This document shows positions 1 through 12,402 of a stretch of 64,000 nt of DNA, piece after piece. Source of the stretch: Squalus acanthias (lineage: Eukaryota); assembly GCA_030390025.1 (NCBI GenBank), contig CM059432.1, positions 116,066,001 to 116,130,000 of the forward strand. The letters are read 5' to 3'. Under the pieces are notes generated by a model that saw only the letters and a list, made by a program, of their open reading frames with translations, did not search any database and had not been told where the DNA came from. The stretch's first letter is position 1. Every line of letters begins with the position of its first letter. The translations under genes and the position numbers were made by a program.

Positions 1-421
1 TTGCGGGTTTGGGAGGTGCTGCCGAAGAAGCCTTGGCGAGTTGCTGCAGTGCATCTTGTAGATGGTACACACTGCAGCCACGGTACGCCGGTGGTGGAGG
101 GAGTGAATGTTTAAGGTGGTGGATGGAGTGCCAATCAAGTGGGCTGCTTTGTCCTGGATGGTGTCGAGCTGCTTGAGTGTTGTTGGAGCTACACTCATCC
201 AGGCAAGTGGAAAGTATTCCATCACACTCCTGACTTGTGCCTTGTAGATGGTGGAAAGGCTTTGGGGAGTCAGGAGGTGAGACACTCGCCGCAGAATACC
301 CAGCCTCTGACCTGCTCTTGTTGCCACAGTATTTATGTGGCTGGTCCAGTTAAGTTTCTGGTCAATGGTGACCCCCAGGATGTTGATGGTGGGGGATTCG
401 GCGATGGTAATGCCGTTGAAT
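1..421 (-). mobile_element. Non-LTR retrotransposon fragment (LINE family 'B', CR1/L2-superclade-like ORF2 C-terminus)
   Basis: Same family as 43790-44883, 56515-57031 and 63440-64000 (MEYSPLAWMS...HSLHHRRTVAAVC). Confidence 0.8.
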
Positions 422-720
422 GTCTTGGTAGTGAATTTTAGTAATTAGTGCAATTACAATGCACACAGGCTCCATATGTGCAATAAATATAAAGAAAATA
501 TTTGATAAAAACCACTAATACTGCAACCTGTAACTGCATCATTCAGATCCAAGTTGCCCCAATTGTTAGATCTGCTTTCTCACCACCCCAGGGGGGGGAA
601 AAAACCATGGACAAATTAGTACAACTTTAATTACAGGATACGAATGTTTGTGCAGGTATTAGCATTTTATGGTTGCTGTAAATACAGAATAAGTTTTCCA
701 AGTGGATCCCTTCCACCAAC

Positions 721-862
721 CTGTTTTCATTGCATTCCTGCCAGCTCTATAGTGGGGATGGTTAAAGTCCGACAGCCAGGCCTTTGCACCATGACCCATG
801 TACACCTTCAGTGTGTTGGGACTTCCATAGTCAGCAAACACTTTTTTGACGTAATTCACAAC
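721..862 (-). CDS. CNDP2: CNDP2 coding exon 9 (VVNYVKKVF...[13 protein letters not shown]); the gene continues off the left edge
   Basis: 142 nt, cag/gttgg boundaries; no stop codon, so the C-terminal exons are outside the window. Confidence 0.93.
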
Positions 863-1665
863 CTGAATATCAAAATGAAGAAAAAGGTGGACGGGGGCTT
901 GAAAACTGTGATCTCATACAGCGCTACACAGAAAACATCCAATCCCTCTGTGATTTACAGTCCAAAATGATCGGCAATTAGGTCCCATTTTGTCACTCAG
1001 CATGAGATTTAACATATGGACAACATGACTCCCAAAACATGTTCCTAAAAAAAAACTATTAAGCATTAATCCTTCAGACAATAAAGGTCGTTCACCTCAC
1101 TGCTGCGTGTGACCTACCAGTGCATAAATTGGCTTCCTCATTTGCTTACAAAACAACAGTGACTGCACTTCAAAAAGTAATTAATTGGCTATAATGTACT
1201 TTGGGTCGTCCGGAGGATGTGAAAGGTGCTATATTAATACAAGTGCATTCTTTTCAAAAGATACTGGAATAGCAGAGGATTACAAGCAAACTACCTGAAA
1301 CTTTGTTCAGCCGTCTCCACATGACGGAGGTGAATGAAGGTGCGTTCTATGTTGATACTACCCATTAGTACGGAGAGAAGACAAAGCATTCATGATCCCA
1401 AACAGAATAATAGCTGTGCACATCACAACAGAACTGCAGGATATTGGCTTCTCCAGGTTTTATCCCACAATCAGAAGGTTAAATTAACACAGCAATCCAC
1501 CCTTGGGTTGCAAATTACTAACAAGGTGCTGAACCTTCACTCTTGCACTTTACAACATCAACTGAATCTCTTGATTGGAGCATTGCTATTCAACCCATTC
1601 CCACTTTTAATAGGGACATAGAAACAGGAATAGTCATTCAGCCCATCGAGCGTGTTTTTAAAAAT

Positions 1666-1920
1666 TCATTCTTGGGATATGGGAGTTGAGCAAGGCCAGC
1701 ATTTATTGCCCATTCCTGGTTGTCCTTTAGAACGTGGTGGTGAACCACAGTCCGTGTTGTGCTGGTACTTCCACAGTGCTGTTAGGGAGGGAGTTCCAGG
1801 ATTTTGACCCAGCAATGATGAAAGAACATAGATGATATATGCCCAAGTCAGGATGGTGTGCGACTTGGAGGGGAACTCGGAGGTGATTGTGTTCCTGTGT
1901 GCCTGTTGCCCTTGTTGTTC
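1666..1920 (-). mobile_element. LINE family B 3' end
   Basis: Shared 3' terminus GGCCAGCATTTATTGCCCAT and KSWNSLPNSTV coding remnant. Confidence 0.75.
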
Positions 1921-2760
1921 CATTCAATTAGATCATGGCTAATTTGTACCTCAACTCCATATCTCTGGATACCATTACCTAATAAAAATCTATTGATCTC
2001 AGTCTTGAAAATTTCAATTGACTCAGCATCCTTTTAGGGAGAGTGTTCCAGATTTCCACTAGTGTGTGTGAAAACGTGCTTCTTGATTGCATTTCTAAAT
2101 GGTCATGATGCGGAGATGCCGGTGTTGGACTGGGGTGGACAAAAATGAGAAGTCGCACAACACCAGGTTATAGTCCAACAGTTTTATTTGAAGTTACGAG
2201 CTTTCGGAGCTCTGCGTAATACTGTAATCGATTTGTATTCCCTCACTGTACCTGAAGGAGCAGAGCTCCGAAAGCTCGTAATTTCAAATAAAACTGTTGG
2301 ACTATAACCTGGTGTTGTGCGACTTCGCATTTCTAAATGGCCTGGCGCTAATTATAAGATTATGCCCCCTTGTTTTGGATTCCCCCACCAAAGAACTGTA
2401 TGCAACCTGTCCTCATAATTTAACTCTAAGCCCTGGCATCATTTAGTGAATCAGCTCCTGGTCGCTCACCATTAAGAAAATATTCCAATTTGTCTTTCTC
2501 GGATCCAAAGTGGATGACCTCACACTTGAACGTCAATTGCCCACTCACTTAGTCTCTCTATGGCCCTGTGTAACTTCTTGTCTTTATCTACACAACATAC
2601 TGTGCCTCCTAATTTAGTGCCATCTACAAACTTGGATATACAACCTTCTATTCCTTCGTCCATGTCATTAATATATATGGTGAAAAGCTGATGCTCCAGT
2701 ACATATCCCTGGGAGCACCACTTGCTGTATCTCGCCAATCAGAGAACATTCCCTTTATCT
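1921..2760 (-). mobile_element. Degraded CR1 LINE, interrupted at 2103-2326
   Basis: RT remnant FTIYINDMDEG...SKFVDGTKLGG and CR1 3' tail. Confidence 0.7.
2103..2326. mobile_element. Penelope-type terminal (pLTR) mini-element with a 67-bp inverted repeat
   Basis: Arms 2149-2215 and 2260-2326 (1 mismatch); exact 14-bp TSD GCATTTCTAAATGG at 2089-2102 and 2327-2340; degenerate hammerhead core CTGA..GGAGCAGAGCTCC-GAAAGCTC. Confidence 0.7.
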
Positions 2761-3689
2761 CTTTTAATGCATTCTAATTTCAATTTACCAACCAATCCTC
2801 ATTGTTAATACCATTAGCTTTCTCATAGATTAATATTTTAGCAAAGTACTAAATCAAAGGTTTCATTTTGCTCAACTGCCATCTATAGCTGGGTCTGGAC
2901 ATGTTTCCTCAGACCTCCAGAAGAATTATCTGAAAGCAAATAATTCTTCAATTTTTCACAGACGGCAGGCTTTTATGCAAAGAATTTAGTAATAAGGCGT
3001 TAAGAAAAAGTAATCTGTTACAAATGGTGGCCTTTTAAAATAGTAAATTGACTCAACGCTTAAATATTCAACAGGTTAATTCAGCCATAGAACCTTTCAC
3101 CAATTAAGTCACAGCCGCTGCACCAAATTGCCTTTGAAGCACTGAGTTCAAGCTCTGACTGTAATGAAGAACTCAAGTCATATTTTCTTCTTACTATTTG
3201 TACTCAAAGTGAGGGCCGTCAGTGCTGGGCAATAGAAATTTATTCGTCACTCAGTGTCAATTAGAGCAGAGCCAGATCCAGGGTGAAACTCCTTCTGCTC
3301 ATAGCTTAAACCTCAGCCTTCCTCCCCACCGCGAGATTGGAAATTTGTTGTGCAACTTATGCTGCATTCCACCAGGCCACTCAACCTTGTTTTATGTAGG
3401 AGGGAACCTTGATCCGATCAGTCTTGGCTGGTTTTGAACCTGGGTGCCCCAGGTTAAAGGACACATTGCTAACACACTGCAGGCCACCCAGGTCCCAGCA
3501 GTACTATGATAACCATGGGTACTAGCAGTTAATTTTACATTGTGATCTAACTGATAAAAATGCAAAAATTACACACTTGCATTCAACGCCGCGTAACTTA
3601 ATAAAAAGGAGACCAAAGGTATCCCAGCAGTTTAGGAGCTGAAAGCATGTACCAGAGCTCCTGCTTAAGATTTTGTGTGAGGGTCTCAG

Positions 3690-4165
3690 TAGCGCGTACA
3701 AGGGAATAAGGGGTCTAAGGAGATTGTACGAGGTGTATGAGATCTAAGGAGGGTGTGTGAGAGTGTACGATGTCTAAGGAGGGTGTATGAGGGTGTCTGC
3801 TCTCTCAGGTGGACGCAAGAGATCCTACGGCACTATTTTGAAGACGAGCAGGGGAGTTATCCCCAGTGTCCTGGCCAAAAATTTATCCTTCAATCAACAT
3901 CACTAAAAAAAAAAATTCTGGTCATTATCACGTTGCTGTTTGTGGGAGCTTGCTGTGCGCAAATTGGCTGCTGCGTTTCCTACATTACAACAGTGACTAC
4001 ACTTCAAAAAGTACTTAATTGGCTGTAAAGCGCTTTGGGATGTCCAGTGGTCGTGAAAGGCGCTATATAAATGTAAGTCTTTCTTTGTACGGGATCTAAG
4101 GAGGGTGCGTAAGGGGTCTGAGGAGGTTGGGCGAGGTGTATGGGATCTAAGGAGGTTATGTGAGG
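3690..4165. repeat. Degenerate minisatellite (GATCTAAGGAGGGTGT...) split by a Deu-domain SINE fragment
   Basis: The TCTAAGGAG motif recurs on both sides of 3795-4085. Confidence 0.6.
3795..4085 (+). mobile_element. Deu-domain SINE, 3' half with L2-like tail
   Basis: Similar to the full copy at 31640-32100; tail resembles the L2 3' end (AAAGGCGCTATATAAATG). Confidence 0.75.
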
Positions 4166-4207
4166 ATAAAACAAATGTCTGCTGTCTTTACAGTAAAAGC
4201 TCCATAC

Positions 4208-4372
4208 CTGTTTCTCAACCACCTCTGGATCCATGTCAGGCACCAATCGAATAGAAAACTTCCCGATAACTTTCCTAGGAATGACTGTTTTAGCTCCTGA
4301 ACCAGCAAAAGCCCCTTCGATTCCATGTAAAGACAAGGATGGGTATCTCCATCGGTGCATCAGAATTTGTTC
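4208..4372 (-). CDS. CNDP2: CNDP2 coding exon 8 ([22 protein letters not shown]...PEVVEKQ)
   Basis: 165 nt, cag/gtatg boundaries; conserved [16 protein letters not shown] and GKFSIRLVP. Confidence 0.96.
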
Positions 4373-5029
4373 CTGCAAACAAAAATCAAAGAGGTGCTAC
4401 AGTTTAACTGAAGTGAACTCCAATGCATACAAGATGTTCAACGGACTTTAAAAAAAAAAATCACAAACATTGATGTTAATAAGTCAGGCATGAGATTATA
4501 AGACATGTTGGTTCTGGATTTCATCTTATCTTGATTTGGTGTCAAGTTGCAAGATCTCATTTCATGCCAAAGGATTCAAAAAAGCTACTTAAAAGCTTGC
4601 AGCAAATCAGCCAGTACTGTAAAACTACATTTCAGTATTAATTTTCAACTTTTTTTTTTAAAGTTAGAATTTTTTTTGCAGGTTTAGACCGAAAGATGGC
4701 AGTCACAAAGTGGAATCTTCAGCCTCAAGCTATTTTTAATAATGCCCAATGTGATTCTAGCAGGAGTTCACACTAACCTCTATGAAAACAATTCAACTTA
4801 ATTACACATCACTAACATCAATTGTTGGCTAAATATCAGCATCAATTTAAATGTAGTGAATTATTTTTCTATACTTTTAAAAAGTCAACCCTTCCCGAAT
4901 GTCAAAAGGCAACTATAGGTACTTTTGAGAAAGTTAAGTATCTGGTATTGCTGCAAGGGGATCACCTTGGCTGCTGTCACCTCAAGCACTGCCTCTCTAC
5001 TAATGGCTAAATAAAACGGACTCCTGTGG

Positions 5030-5728
5030 CGCAAAAGAGTCGAAAATTAATGGCCAAGGAACAGTGAGGCTACCAGTGCTCACCGCTATTAAGGAAGCAG
5101 CTTCTAGCATCCGCAGTTAAACTTCTCCACAAGTTTCGCTACACCAGTACCTGCGGAGACTCGGCATTCAAACACATGAAGGCTGTGAAGTTGTGGTACT
5201 TACCCACTAAACACGCCAGAAAAACTTAGGGCTTGTCCATTCAAGTGTAAGTGAATTTTTTAATGGCGTGATAAGTCTTAATTACTTCCAAACAACCTCT
5301 GGCTCTGAAAATTTATTTTTTTCAAGTGTAGAGTCTCATTCCTTCAGATATTAATTATTGTTGGAGATTTAGAAAAAGTAAAATACACTTTAAAAAAAAA
5401 AATTGTTTCTTTTATCTATCTCTCTTAATCCCATCTTTTCTTCTCTTTATTTTGCTTTCTGGACATGATTTGACACGGAATTAAATATTCAAACTTACAC
5501 TTGTTGGTTTAGACTCTGCGTGCCTCAGTTAGGATTCTTCAATCTGATTGGATGAGGAGACACACAGTTGCTTGCCCTGTTTACACAGGCCCCAGATCCC
5601 CTGTAGGGGCACCGCGCGGAAATGGTTCTCTAATAATCGCAAAAGCTCACGGAAATGATGCGGGCAAGAGTAAGCATAATGATTGGCGAGCACAGTTTAT
5701 TCACCGCTGACCGTAAAAACTGGGCCAA
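5030..5728. mobile_element. ~700-bp non-autonomous DNA-transposon-like element (MITE family A)
   Basis: Internal blocks shared with 28360-29110, 32978-35781 and 37655-38243; ends GACCGTAAAAACTGGGCC. Confidence 0.55.
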
Positions 5729-5942
5729 TATGAACAGTATTAATCAGTACAATTATAGGCATGTACAACTGCTTAATCATTGGAGTTTCAGTTCCCTTTA
5801 GATTCTCACTCTACAAGTTCACATCAAGTGCACTCAGAACGAAGACACAATTCAGAAAGATTGCTAGAAAAAGGAACTGTTATACCCACCTTGAAAAAAA
5901 AACTGTCCACAGAATCGAGAGTTTACTTAAATATAGACGTAC

Positions 5943-6103
5943 CTTAGTGCTGTGCAGCAGCTGACAGGCACCTACATCTTTACAGTATTCTTCAATATCA
6001 AACTCTATTTTATCATACAATGTCTTTTCCTCATCTGTGAGTGGTGCCACTGATTCTTCAACACCAGGAATGAGGATCTTTCCCTTTCTGTCCACCAACT
6101 TGC
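5943..6103 (-). CDS. CNDP2: CNDP2 coding exon 7 ([13 protein letters not shown]...QLLHSTK)
   Basis: 161 nt, tag/gtacg boundaries; frame continuous with neighbouring exons. Confidence 0.95.
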
Positions 6104-6141
6104 CTATTTAAAATGGGATTTTGGTTAGACTGCTGCCAATA

Positions 6142-7222
6142 AGAACATAAGAAGTAGGAGTAGGTCATTCGGCCCCTCGAGCCTGCACCGCCATTCAATA
6201 AGATCATGGCTGATCTGATCTTGGCCTCAACTCCACTTTCCCGCCCGCTCCCCATAACCCTTGATTCCCCTGTAGTTAAAAAATGTCTCTCTCAGCCTTG
6301 AATATATTCAATGACTCAGCCTCCACAGCTCTCTGGGGTAGAGAATTCCAAAGATTAATGACCCTCAAAGAAATTCCTCCTCATCTCCATCTTAAATGGG
6401 CGACCCCTCATTCTCAAACTATGCCCCCTAGTTCTAGATTCTCCCACGAGGGAGAACAGCCTCTCAGCATCTACCTGGTCAAGCCCCCTCAGAATCTTAT
6501 ATGTTTCAATAAGATCACCTCTCATGCTTCTAAACTCCAATGAGTATAAACCCAACCTGCTCAACCTTTCCTCATAAGACAACCCCTTCATCCCAGGAAT
6601 CAACCTCGTGAACCTTCTCTGAACTGCCTCCAATGCAAGTATATCCCTCCTTAAATAAGGAGACCAAAACTATATGCAGTACTCCAGGGGTGGTCTCACC
6701 AGCGCCCTGTACAGTTGTAGCAAGACTTCCCTACTTTTATACTCTATCCCCCTTGCAATAAAGGCCAACATTCCATTTGCCTTCCTAATTACTTGCTGTA
6801 CCTGCATGCTAACTTTGTGTTTCATGTACGAGGACACACAGATCCCTCTGTACCACAGCATTCTGTAGTCTCTCTCCCCATTTAAATAATATTTTGCTTT
6901 TCTATTCTTACTACCAAGTGGATAACCTCACATTTTCCCACATTATACTCCATCTGCCAAATTTTTGCCCACTCACTTAACCTATCTATATCCCTGGAGA
7001 TTCTTTGTGTCCTCCACACAATTTGCTTTCCCACCTATCTTTGTATAATCAGCAAATTTGGCTACATTACACTCAGTCCCTTCATCCAAGTCATTAATAT
7101 AGATTGTAAATAGTTGAGGCCCCAGCACGGATCCCTGTGGCACCCCACTAGTTACAGTTTGCCAACCTGAAAATGACCCATTTATCCCGACTTTCTGTTT
7201 TCTGTTAGTTGGCCAATCCCCT
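6142..7222 (-). mobile_element. CR1 LINE, 5'-truncated
   Basis: ORF2 C-terminus MEAVQRRFTRLIPGM...GDLIETYKIL; (TTCTTATG)n-type tail. Confidence 0.9.
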
Positions 7223-7435
7223 ATGACATGCCTAAAGGTCCCAATGCCTCTGCATCAACTAATATGTAATCAGCACAACAAAGCAAAGTGAGCAAATGAT
7301 CTAAAACTGGCTCTGAAGAGACTTAGGAATCTGTAACAAAGCTGGTTTGCTCTATATCAAGCATTGAGCACAAGGGAGAATCCACATTACACACAAAAAC
7401 ACTCTTTCCTTGAATGTGTTGCGGTCAATTCATAA

Positions 7436-8495
7436 CAACAACTTGTAATTATACAGCGCCTTTAACGTAGTAAAATGTCCCAAGGCACTTCACAGGAGTG
7501 TTATAAGACAAAAAATTTGACACCGAGCCACATAGAGAAATTAGGGCAGGTGACCAAAAGCTGGTCAAAGAGGTAGGTTTTAAGGAGTGTCTTAAGGAGG
7601 AAACAGAGGTAGAGAGGCAGAGAGGTTTAGGCAGGGAATTCCAGAGCTTAGGGCCTAGGCAGCTGAAGGCACGGCCACCAATGGTTGAGCAATTATAATC
7701 AGGGATGCTCAAGAAGGCAGAATTAGAGGAGCGCAGATATCTCGGTGGGTTGTGGGGCTGAAGGAGATTACAGAGATAGGGAGGGGCGAGGCCATGGAAA
7801 GATTTGAAAACAAGGATGAGAATTTTGAAATCGAGGCGTTACTTAACTGGGAGCTAATGTAGGTCAGCGAGCACAGGGGTGATGGGCAAACGGGACTTGG
7901 TGCGAGTTAGGACACGGGCAGTAGAGTTTTGGATGGCCTCAAGTTTACATAGGGTGGAATGTGGGAGGCCAGCCAGGAGTGCGTTGGAATAGTCAAGTCT
8001 AGAGGTAACAAAGGCATGGATGAGGGTTTCAGCAGTGGATGAGCTGAGGCAAGGGCGGAGACGGGCGATGTTACGGTGGTGGAAGTAGGTGGTCTTAGTT
8101 ATGCCACGGATGTGTAGTCGGAAGCTCATTTCAGGGTCAAATATGACACCAAGGTTACAAACAGTCTGGTTCAGCCTCAGACAGATGTTGGGGCGAGGGA
8201 TGGAATCAGTGGCCAGGGAATAGAGCTTGTGGCGGTTACCGAAAACAATGGCTTCGGTCTTCCCAATATTTAACTGTATGTCAGACAAGCAGTCAGACAA
8301 TTTAGAGACCGCGGAGGGGTCGAAAGATGTGGTGGTGAGGTAGAGCTGGGTGTCGTCAGCGTACATGTGGAAACTGGTGCTGTGTTTTTGGATGATGTTG
8401 CCAAGGGGCAACATGTAGATGAGAAATAGGAGGGGGCCAAGGATAGATCCTTGAGGGACACCAGAGGTAACAATGCGGGAGCGGGAAGAGAAGCC
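7436..8495 (-). mobile_element. L2 LINE, 5'-truncated (RT core to 3' end)
   Basis: GVPQGSILGP, HMYADDTQLY, HAFVTSRLDYSN; (TTG)n tail. Confidence 0.92.
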
Positions 8496-9416
8496 TGCAT
8501 GAATGAAAACTTGCAATGTGAAAAATTCCTGGGGTATCTCAGCCCACATAAAAAACTTTTTTCAGATCCAAGTGATTCATACAGTAAATGTGGAATGTGT
8601 GTTTGTGAGTGAAACAGTAAAATGCAAATTTCAGGGTTATTGTTGGCCACTGCACTGAACTAAAGCCCACACTTCGATCCTAATTCTCTCCAACAGGTGG
8701 CAGTGCCAGCAGACCAAGTGCACAAGATGAAAGGTGCCACATCTTCAGGCCCACCTGAGCTGTTGGGTTTGTGAGGGCTCTACAGATTCGCTGCCTTAAC
8801 TCAGGAGGTTTTGTTAATTTTGCAGAACAACACTACTGCAGGCAACTAGTTACTTATAACTAACGACCCTTTTATTTCATTTGCTGAGTAGACTGCAGTG
8901 AGTTGGTGCCTAACATGCTGTCAGTAAAGCACACTTAATAATTCTAATCAAAAGAAAAATGGAGAAAACTCTCTTCTCTGCAGTTATATTTAAATTAAAC
9001 AATAAAACACCACATGGTGTTGCAACCGTTCCTGTTGCTGCAGACAGCACAGATCTGCTGCCTGACAGGGAAAAGAGGCCTTGCATGTCAGCTGACCACA
9101 TCAATTGCTTAAGGGAGTGTCCTTGGTGTTTTCTCCTCCCCAAACCATGAAATGATGGCAACATCCTATTTGTACGTGGAAACTGAATGAATAAGGACTT
9201 AAAAAAAATCCAATCTGTTATATAAACAGAATATACATTAAATGACCAGTGTTTCTTTGGCCCACAGTTGACATAACTCACTATTTTTCCCATGTTGTGA
9301 ATCCTTTATTCAACATTTAGAATATATGCTCCCTTTAATTTCAAATGATAAAACTGGATTGATTACTGTAAGCCCACTTATAGTAATTCAGGAGTCAGTA
9401 ATTCATGAGCTCTTAC

Positions 9417-9501
9417 CCAGTAAATGAATCAGATCCGTCATCGCTTCATGTACTGTGCCACCAAAGACACCCGAATGCAGATCCTTATCAGAGCATTCAA
9501 C
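9417..9501 (-). CDS. CNDP2: CNDP2 coding exon 6 ([29 protein letters not shown])
   Basis: 85 nt, cag/gtaag boundaries; DLHSG motif. Confidence 0.96.
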
Positions 9502-9704
9502 CTGGACATTGGAACCATGACATGTTAACACTTCATCTTTATACTGCTCATTTTTATTCCTTACTGCTAGGCTAGTGCAGCAATATCTAATAGAACAGGA
9601 TCCAATGCAGTACTGCAAGTACAGGGCATACTAAAGCGCTTACATCCAGCAGGGATCTTCCACTAAAGCCTTCACCACACTGATCCAGAATCAAAAAACT
9701 GAAG

Positions 9705-10055
9705 GCAAAATACTGCAGATGCTGGAAATCTGAAATAAAGTGGTTTTTTTTTTTTTACACCTCCTCTAGACCCATCTCTTGTTTCTTTACTTGTCCCATT
9801 ACCATCTCCTTTCGCCTTGCACCATCATCCCTTTTGTCTTTTAATCTCGCCTGCCTTCCACCCTATCACAGAGCTCATCTTTTGTTCTTTCCTCCCCCAC
9901 CCTTTCCCCCTAGCTCTGCACTTGCTTAGAAACTGTTCAATCTCCAACTTCTTCCAGTTCTGACGAAAGGTCATGGGTCCGAAACTTTAACTCTGTTTCG
10001 CTCTCTCCACAGATGCTGCCTGACCCGCTGAGTATTTCCAGCATTTTCTGTTTTT
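9705..10055 (+). mobile_element. Penelope-like 3' end with an inverted tail piece and a decayed hammerhead motif (9956-9992)
   Basis: Aligns by eye with 34370-34655; inverted tail piece at 9707-9739. Confidence 0.75.
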
Positions 10056-10227
10056 TAAAACTTAACGAAGGTTCTACTACATATTGAACGTGGAATTTAA
10101 ACACTGCAGGGATCTATTTGAAGCCGCATTGAATAAATAAGCACACCTTTAAACAGTTGAAGGATGAAATAAAACTGCTAGGACCGTATGTAAAGCAAAA
10201 AAGCAAAAAAAAAATTGCAAACTATAC

Positions 10228-10428
10228 CTCCATAAAGAAGTAGCAGATGCCTCGGAGACCATACGTTATACAGGGCTTCGTCTTGCCAAGCCAGTAATTA
10301 TCGGAAATACAGACAAAATCCACACCCTTGAAGAAGGTGTCTTTGCGAGCATATACTAGGTCATCAAGACCTTCTGACCCCGACTCCTCCATTCCTTCCA
10401 AGCAGAACTTGATATTAACTGGGACTTC
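10228..10428 (-). CDS. CNDP2: CNDP2 coding exon 5 ([21 protein letters not shown]...[26 protein letters not shown])
   Basis: 201 nt, tag/gtat boundaries; catalytic EGMEES and SDN motifs. Confidence 0.96.
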
Positions 10429-11990
10429 CTACAGAAAGGCCACAAGGAACCAAAGTCACAGTTTTCCAGCATCAGAATTCATTTACACAATGTGGCACTT
10501 AAAAACGATTGAATGGAAATGCAAGCCACCAGTAAAATGTCAGCACAGGATTAGTTATTTACTGGACCAGCAGTACAGAAACAAGACAAAAATGATTAAA
10601 TTCAAACACTGAACAAAACAAACCTTTCATAAAACCAAACATGACTAGCCAACCATGCTTAATTAAATACCACACAGTATTTTGTATTCACTAATAATAG
10701 CATTTAATAGGTAAGATTTATTGATCAGATAAGGTTTATTGACCCATTATATAAATAATAAAACTAGCAAGACCTTATGTCCCTTATGAACAGCATGCTG
10801 GAGCACTAATACTCGGTACAATAAGGGTACAATTTTCAGACAGCTGCCGTATACTGCTAAAGAAAGCCATCCCCACTCGGATCATTTGTTTTCGATAAGA
10901 ATCTAAAACATAAGCCGAATAGTGACAGCGACCACCTCATCAATATGGCGGATAGTCCAAAGGGCTTCATGGCAGGTTTATGGAGCAGGCCTGCATACTG
11001 CACGGTGATGGAGTTCTCCAGGGATATCCTCATCGGATTCATCCTGCATTCACAGATATAGTGCCAATCACACCTCAGGCTGAATCCTCTTTAGGAGTTT
11101 TCTTCACCTCAGCAGTATTTATTTTATTGTCAACCATGGATTCAAAAAGGGTTGCAGTTCTCAACAAAATTAGGAAGTTTCCCGGCTTCAGCTACTGCTT
11201 ATATTTGCTATCTGCTCTCATCAGGACGGCATTAAAAATCGCCCAGCGTTCCTGCTCATGACTGCCCTCAAGGGGCTCTCTACTGGAAAGCATAGGCACA
11301 CTGGCTGAGGCAGGATTAGACTCGGTTGTGATCTTGCTGGAATAGCAAGTCCTTCTCCTGAAACTCACATAGGGAAGTCCTGTGAAACTGTACCCCAGCG
11401 GGATTCGGGAAGGGAAGAAAATCGAAGGAGGTGGGGAAAGGGGAGGGGGGAAAAAAAAAGAGTTGCGTTGTTTGCACTCTGAATCCAAGAGCTGAACAAA
11501 CATTTCAAAACTTTGAACCAGAAGGGATCATTTCTGTGCTTCAGAAAGTTTCCCCTGACCAACAATGAGCAAGATTTAGTTAACTCTGTCTATTTGTGCC
11601 CCACCTTAAACCATAAAATATTTAAACAGCTGAAGTCTTTGCTCTATTAAATACTAATTTTGATCTGGTAAACTCTCAGAAATGCAGCGTTTACAGCATC
11701 AAACCATTCGTGAAAGGGACACTTTTTCTGTCATGAAGTGTCGACTCAGAACGCTCCTTTGAGAGAACTCATAGTACAACACGTATCCACGCAGCAATCA
11801 TGATGTCAAAGATCTAACTGGGTCTTGCTGAGTCATTACATTTTGCACCAATTTCTGGAGGGTTAGGTTCAGCTATTGGCGAGGTCAGGCTGTGGCAAGC
11901 ATAAATCTTTGAACTGTTCTTTGCCTTCCAACAGAGGTAATGAGTTACAGCACAGATCAAAAACCAAGCACGAACGATAAACTTTATTAC

Positions 11991-12079
11991 CTGCTTCAGT
12001 TTCTGAAGAGCTTCAATACAGTTCAGCCATGCCAGCACTGGTCCTTTGTCATCAGTGGAACCTCTCCCGTATAGTTTTC
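11991..12079 (-). CDS. CNDP2: CNDP2 coding exon 4 ([29 protein letters not shown])
   Basis: 89 nt, tag/gtaat boundaries; GRGSTDDKG motif. Confidence 0.96.
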
Positions 12080-12186
12080 CTATAAAAGTTCCAAACATTA
12101 GAATTCTTTATGGGTGGGAGTCACTGCAAGAATGCAAGTAACACAATAGAAAACACTGGTCTCATCAGTACCATAATTTTTGGAAT

Positions 12187-12402
12187 AAAAAAAAATCAGA
12201 AATTATGGAAGCACTCAGCAGGTCGGGGGACATTCCGTGGAGAGAGAAACAGAGTTAACGTTTCAGGTCGATGACCTTTCATCAGTTCTGACGAAGGGTC
12301 CTCGACCAGAAACGTTAACTGTTTTTCTCTCTCCACAGATGCTGCCTGACCAGCATTTTATGTTTTTATTTCAGATTTCCAGCATCCGTAGTATTTTACT
12401 TT
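12187..12402. mobile_element. Palindromic Penelope pLTR pair (two head-to-head hammerhead cores)
   Basis: GTGGAGAGAGAAACAGAGTTAACGTTTCAGGTCGATGACC is mirrored by GGGTCCTCGACCAGAAACGTTAACTGTTTTTCTCTCTCCAC around a centre at ~12286. Confidence 0.8.

Noticed and set aside
11175..11230. Hammerhead-like CTGATGA on the minus strand
   Set aside because: The candidate stem II is followed by GAAG rather than GAAA, and there is no convincing stem I or III.
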